A DNA stretch of 33,177 nt, from contig CAYIKF010000003.1 in assembly GCA_964363945.1 (NCBI GenBank), forward strand, positions 5,693 through 38,869. The letters are read 5' to 3'. Position 1 is the stretch's first letter, and each line of letters starts with the position of its first letter. Source of the stretch: an uncultured Gammaproteobacteria bacterium. GTDB lineage: Bacteria > Patescibacteriota > Microgenomatia > UBA8517 > JACQJR01. This document shows positions 30,145-33,177 of this stretch, one piece after another. Position numbers and translations under genes: made by a program. A model generated the notes under the pieces. It made no database searches, was not told where the DNA came from, and saw only the letters and a list, made by a program, of their open reading frames with translations.

Positions 30145-32124
30145 ATGAAGCGCGTGTTTTATATATTTCTCCCACTTGTTTTGATGACTTTTCTTGTGTA
30201 TCTGCCAGCGCTTCTTAATCCGGGAATACTGCTTGCGCGGGGTAATGACTTGCAAGAACAATTCTGGCCAGTTTTTTATTTCATAAGAGAGAAATTCTTA
30301 GAAACACATACCCTCCCTTTCTGGAATAACCTTTTTCTTTCAGGCACTCCTCTTCTGCCGGATCCCCAATTTTCCCTTTTCTATCCTCCAAATTGGCTCT
30401 TTATCCTATTGCCAACAGATTTAGCGTTTATTATTTGGTTAATTCTTCATACTTTTCTTGGAGGAATATTTTTCTTCCTTTTGGCAAGATCTGTCTTCCG
30501 TTTATCATTGTCAACGAGCTTAGTTGTTGCCGTCTTATATATAACGACACCAAAACTAGGCGGTTATCTTGAAGCGGGTCATTATGGCCTTGTCGGAACA
30601 CTGACGTGGCTGCCTTTGGTGATTTTGAGCTGTTTTAAGCTTACCCTATCCAAGAAAATTAAATGGGCGCTTTTTTTAGGAATAAGTTTCGCAGCACTCT
30701 TTTTTCTTCATACAGTAACCTTAACTTTAACTGCGGCATCCTCATTTCTCCTTGTTTTAACAATATCAATACTAAAAAAGTCTAATCTCTTAAAAGATTT
30801 ACTTATGTTTTTATTGGGCGTTATTACCTCTATAGGATTAACTGCCATCGCTTTGTTCCCCCAGATTGAGTGGCTACCACAAACTACAAGATTTTTACTT
30901 CTTCAAGATAGAGATGTATATCCAAAGTGGTCGTCAGCAGTGGAATTTATCACTTCTTCTATTTCTCCTTTACTCTCTAAAAATCCCCACTATTTAGACA
31001 CTGAAAAATGGCTATTCTTAGGAATCGTGCCGATTATTCTCGCCTTTATAGGCTTTGTTAAACTTAAAACACCATACAAAATTCTAGTTGCAATTTCTCT
31101 TTTTGCAGTTGTTCTAATTGCATCAAACAATGTTTCGCCTCTTTCTAATCTGCTGCTTTCTCAGGATTGGTTTGTGCTGCAAAGAGTTGCAACGCGCATT
31201 TGGTTTGTACCTTTAATTTTAACACTAACCCTCGCTGGTTTTGCATTAGAGAAGATCAGAAAAAATAAACTCTTATTTGCGCTAGCTGCAACTTTAGCAT
31301 TGTTGGAAAGCACTTATATATTCTGGCTTGCAATAAACAAACCTATCCAAAAAGAGGCCGATCGCTTCGTAACAAAAGAAGTTTATGAATTTTTAAAAAA
31401 AGACAAAGAGCGCTTTCGTGTATTCTGTACGAATAGATGTTTGTCGCAAAAAGATTCAGCAATACATAACTTGGAACTAGTAGAAGGATACAATACTTTG
31501 CAGCAAACAAATTATTACAAACAAGCCTGGCAATTAACCGGCGCTTACTGGAATTACTATACGCTTTCTATCCCGCCCATTGGAACTTATGCATTCGAAA
31601 AACCCCAACCAGATGCAGTTTCTCTGGGAGAATTTAACACTAAATATGTTATTTCACCTTACGAACTAACTGATAAAAACCTCGTGCTGAAAAATAAGTT
31701 TGGCGACTATTTAGTTTACAAAAACAGTGCTGTTTTACCGCGGGCGTATTTCCTAAAAGATAATCAAAAACCGGGAAACGAGGCGCCAATTAAAAAATAT
31801 TCCCCGAACCACATACAAGTCGATACATCAAAGCATGAGACGCAGCGTTTAGTGCTAGCCGAAGTTTGGAGCCCGGGCTGGAATGCATATCTTAACGGGC
31901 AAACGAAAGTCAGAGTACAAGAAAAACCAGACACTCTACGCCTTGTTGATATTAAACCAGACACTATTTTTGTAGAGTTTAAATACGAGCCTAGAAGTTT
32001 CCTTATTGGCAAATCTATAACAATAGCAACATTACTGTTTTTACTTATCTATTTTGTGCGTTTACTTGATATAGCTTCTATTATTAAGAGAAAAACCCCT
32101 ATAACTAAAGCCTCAAACGCATAA
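30145..32124 (+). CDS. YfhO-family polytopic membrane glycosyltransferase (GT-C)
   Basis: 659-aa ORF and the only plus-strand gene. The N-terminus LARGNDLQEQFWPVFYFIREKFLETHTLPFWNNLFLSGTPLLPDPQFSLFYPPNWLF and the C-terminus AEVWSPGWNAYLNGQ...VEFKYEPRSFLIGKSITIATLLFLLIYF match the YfhO family layout as I recall it. Confidence 0.72.
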   Translation: MKRVFYIFLPLVLMTFLVYLPALLNPGILLARGNDLQEQFWPVFYFIREKFLETHTLPFWNNLFLSGTPLLPDPQFSLFYPPNWLFILLPTDLAFIIWLILHTFLGGIFFFLLARSVFRLSLSTSLVVAVLYITTPKLGGYLEAGHYGLVGTLTWLPLVILSCFKLTLSKKIKWALFLGISFAALFFLHTVTLTLTAASSFLLVLTISILKKSNLLKDLLMFLLGVITSIGLTAIALFPQIEWLPQTTRFLLLQDRDVYPKWSSAVEFITSSISPLLSKNPHYLDTEKWLFLGIVPIILAFIGFVKLKTPYKILVAISLFAVVLIASNNVSPLSNLLLSQDWFVLQRVATRIWFVPLILTLTLAGFALEKIRKNKLLFALAATLALLESTYIFWLAINKPIQKEADRFVTKEVYEFLKKDKERFRVFCTNRCLSQKDSAIHNLELVEGYNTLQQTNYYKQAWQLTGAYWNYYTLSIPPIGTYAFEKPQPDAVSLGEFNTKYVISPYELTDKNLVLKNKFGDYLVYKNSAVLPRAYFLKDNQKPGNEAPIKKYSPNHIQVDTSKHETQRLVLAEVWSPGWNAYLNGQTKVRVQEKPDTLRLVDIKPDTIFVEFKYEPRSFLIGKSITIATLLFLLIYFVRLLDIASIIKRKTPITKASNA

Positions 32125-32405
32125 AGAGCAGTCCTTTCGGCCCAAACATCTATTTTTAAAAATACTCTAAAAAAACCAGCAAGCATCCAAAAAATCAAAG
32201 CAATAGCGGCAGCGCCTTTACTATTTGTCCCAAGTAGGAAAATTGATAGTACTAATGCAGAAATAAATATCAAATTAATAGTAATTGGAATGAACGGTTC
32301 AAAATAACCAGCAGAGCGTAGAAGAATCAAAAGCATCAAAAAACCATTAAATAAAGCAATTTGTAATTGGTGTGCAACAAGCCACTCGCGAACTCTTTTT
32401 TTCAT
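32049..32405 (-). CDS. hypothetical small polytopic membrane protein
   Basis: 118-aa ORF with about four hydrophobic segments. Its ATG forms an ATGA overlap with the upstream stop (32402-32405). Its 3' end overlaps the 3' end of the convergent yfhO-like gene by 76 nt. Confidence 0.45.
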   Translation of the reverse strand: MKKRVREWLVAHQLQIALFNGFLMLLILLRSAGYFEPFIPITINLIFISALVLSIFLLGTNSKGAAAIALIFWMLAGFFRVFLKIDVWAERTALYAFEALVIGVFLLIIEAISSKRTK

Positions 32406-33177
32406 TGAGTCCTCCGTTTAAAAATATAGCGAGAAAAGAAACTTGATTTATTAAAACATACAAAAAGAACAATACTTATGGTTACTATAGATACTGCAAG
32501 TCCCAACCAGAAAAATCTCTGGGGTCTATAATAAATATCAAATTCGTAGCTATTTGGTACATCCTTTACATACCAAGCATTTGCATAAGTGTTAGCAGAA
32601 AAGTGTAAAAGACTAATAGGTATTCTCCTACCATCTTTATCAAAAATAGACAATTGCCATTGGGGTGAATAATTTTCTGAGAAAACTATAACATGTGGAC
32701 CAACTGAGTCTTCTACAACTCCCTTGTATTGCGAGGGTGAAATCTTCTCGAAATTTATTTTTGGTTGGGACAATACATCTTCTTGGCTCCTTTGTACAAA
32801 AAGCAGCTTATTTGTAAAAACTTTATATACTTCTAAATCATCAAAAAGAACTTTTGTGCCTAAAGGATCTCCAATATGGGGCGCTATTAATTCTATTTTC
32901 ATCTCAGATTCTGTCTTTACTGGGGAATAAAATAAGCTGAAAGTGTTCCACTCAGGATAGTTAGGCAATCTTTCAACTTGTAACCTAACCAAAACATCAC
33001 CTTTGTCTTGCCCTACTATAATCATTCCATTCTCGCCGTAAATCTGCTTGTACTTAAACTGTACCAAGTAATCAGAAATTGCCGAAAAACCGGGTATTGT
33101 AAACCGCGCCCCGATATCTTGTTCGAGGCGAGTCGCCAGTTCTTCATTATTTAATATGCTAAGATATTTCTCCTCCT
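32402..33177 (-). CDS. partial CDS (5' end outside the window): C-terminal part of a YfhO-like / GT-C membrane protein
   Basis: The track start at 33067 is a TTG codon. By hand translation the frame stays open to the window edge (..EEKYLSILNNEELATRLEQDIGARFTIPGFSAISDYLVQFKY..). The C-terminal module FSENYSPQWQLSIF...FDIYYRPQRFFWLGLAVSIVTISIVLFVCF resembles the YfhO tail. Confidence 0.6.
   Translation of the reverse strand, partial: EEKYLSILNNEELATRLEQDIGARFTIPGFSAISDYLVQFKYKQIYGENGMIIVGQDKGDVLVRLQVERLPNYPEWNTFSLFYSPVKTESEMKIELIAPHIGDPLGTKVLFDDLEVYKVFTNKLLFVQRSQEDVLSQPKINFEKISPSQYKGVVEDSVGPHVIVFSENYSPQWQLSIFDKDGRRIPISLLHFSANTYANAWYVKDVPNSYEFDIYYRPQRFFWLGLAVSIVTISIVLFVCFNKSSFFSRYIFKRRTQ

Noticed and set aside
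33124-33137. GGCGAGTCGCC palindrome in the partial ORF, which resembles the inner stem (GGCGAG-C-CTCGCC) of the hairpin element.
   Set aside because: Only the 5-bp half-sites are shared. There is no outer stem and there are no flanking heptamers. This is most likely coincidence.
1-33177. Prophage, transposon, integrase, toxin-antitoxin or known defence-system genes. Also rRNA or tRNA genes.
   Set aside because: No ORF shows transposase, integrase, nuclease or other defence-type motifs I recognise. I saw no tRNA-like cloverleaf segments or rRNA-like sequence in the few intergenic gaps.

Overview
This is a 33.2-kb, visibly AT-rich window that is almost entirely one co-directional minus-strand gene train. 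Only the YfhO-like gene at 30145..32124 is on the plus strand. The left edge carries housekeeping glyQS and recO. From about 2.3 kb to the right edge lies a very large cell-envelope glycan / glycosylation island. It contains a DUF4012 protein, a small PglC-like initiating phosphoglycosyl transferase, ManC (GDP-mannose supply), six GT4 and four GT2 glycosyltransferases, a hexapeptide acetyltransferase, a SAM methyltransferase, a Wzx-type flippase, a Wzy/O-antigen-ligase-like protein and five to six polytopic GT-C-type membrane glycosyltransferases (ArnT/PMT-like and YfhO-like). A DedA protein and three small unknown ORFs interrupt the island. Many gene junctions are 4-nt ATGA/GTGA start-stop overlaps (9288-91, 10475-78, 20969-72, 22881-84, 24269-72, 25969-72, 32402-05), which implies long translationally coupled operons. 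I saw no rRNA, tRNA, CRISPR, transposase or integrase. The gene content (short RecO, DUF4012, DUF5674-like ORF, tight packing) suggests a monoderm, possibly Patescibacteria/CPR-like organism, but that is inference only.

The most unusual signal is at the DNA level. At least eight ORFs of the island carry short tandem heptanucleotide arrays (3-5 units, a different unit in each gene) embedded in-frame. Two paralogous GT2 genes carry such arrays at the homologous codon positions and in the same register. Two non-orthologous GT4 genes share a ~50-nt GC-rich hairpin element nested between GTGATT[G/A] heptamers, and the element is translated in two different reading frames. This points to a tiny mobile or expanding DNA element rather than a protein motif. 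Other oddities are a 30-nt in-frame GC-rich palindrome, a TAAG-flanked intergenic palindrome, a 33-nt tandem duplication of an intercistronic spacer, a relic of a GT4 3' end, a hidden 54-aa two-TM ORF and a 76-bp convergent gene overlap.
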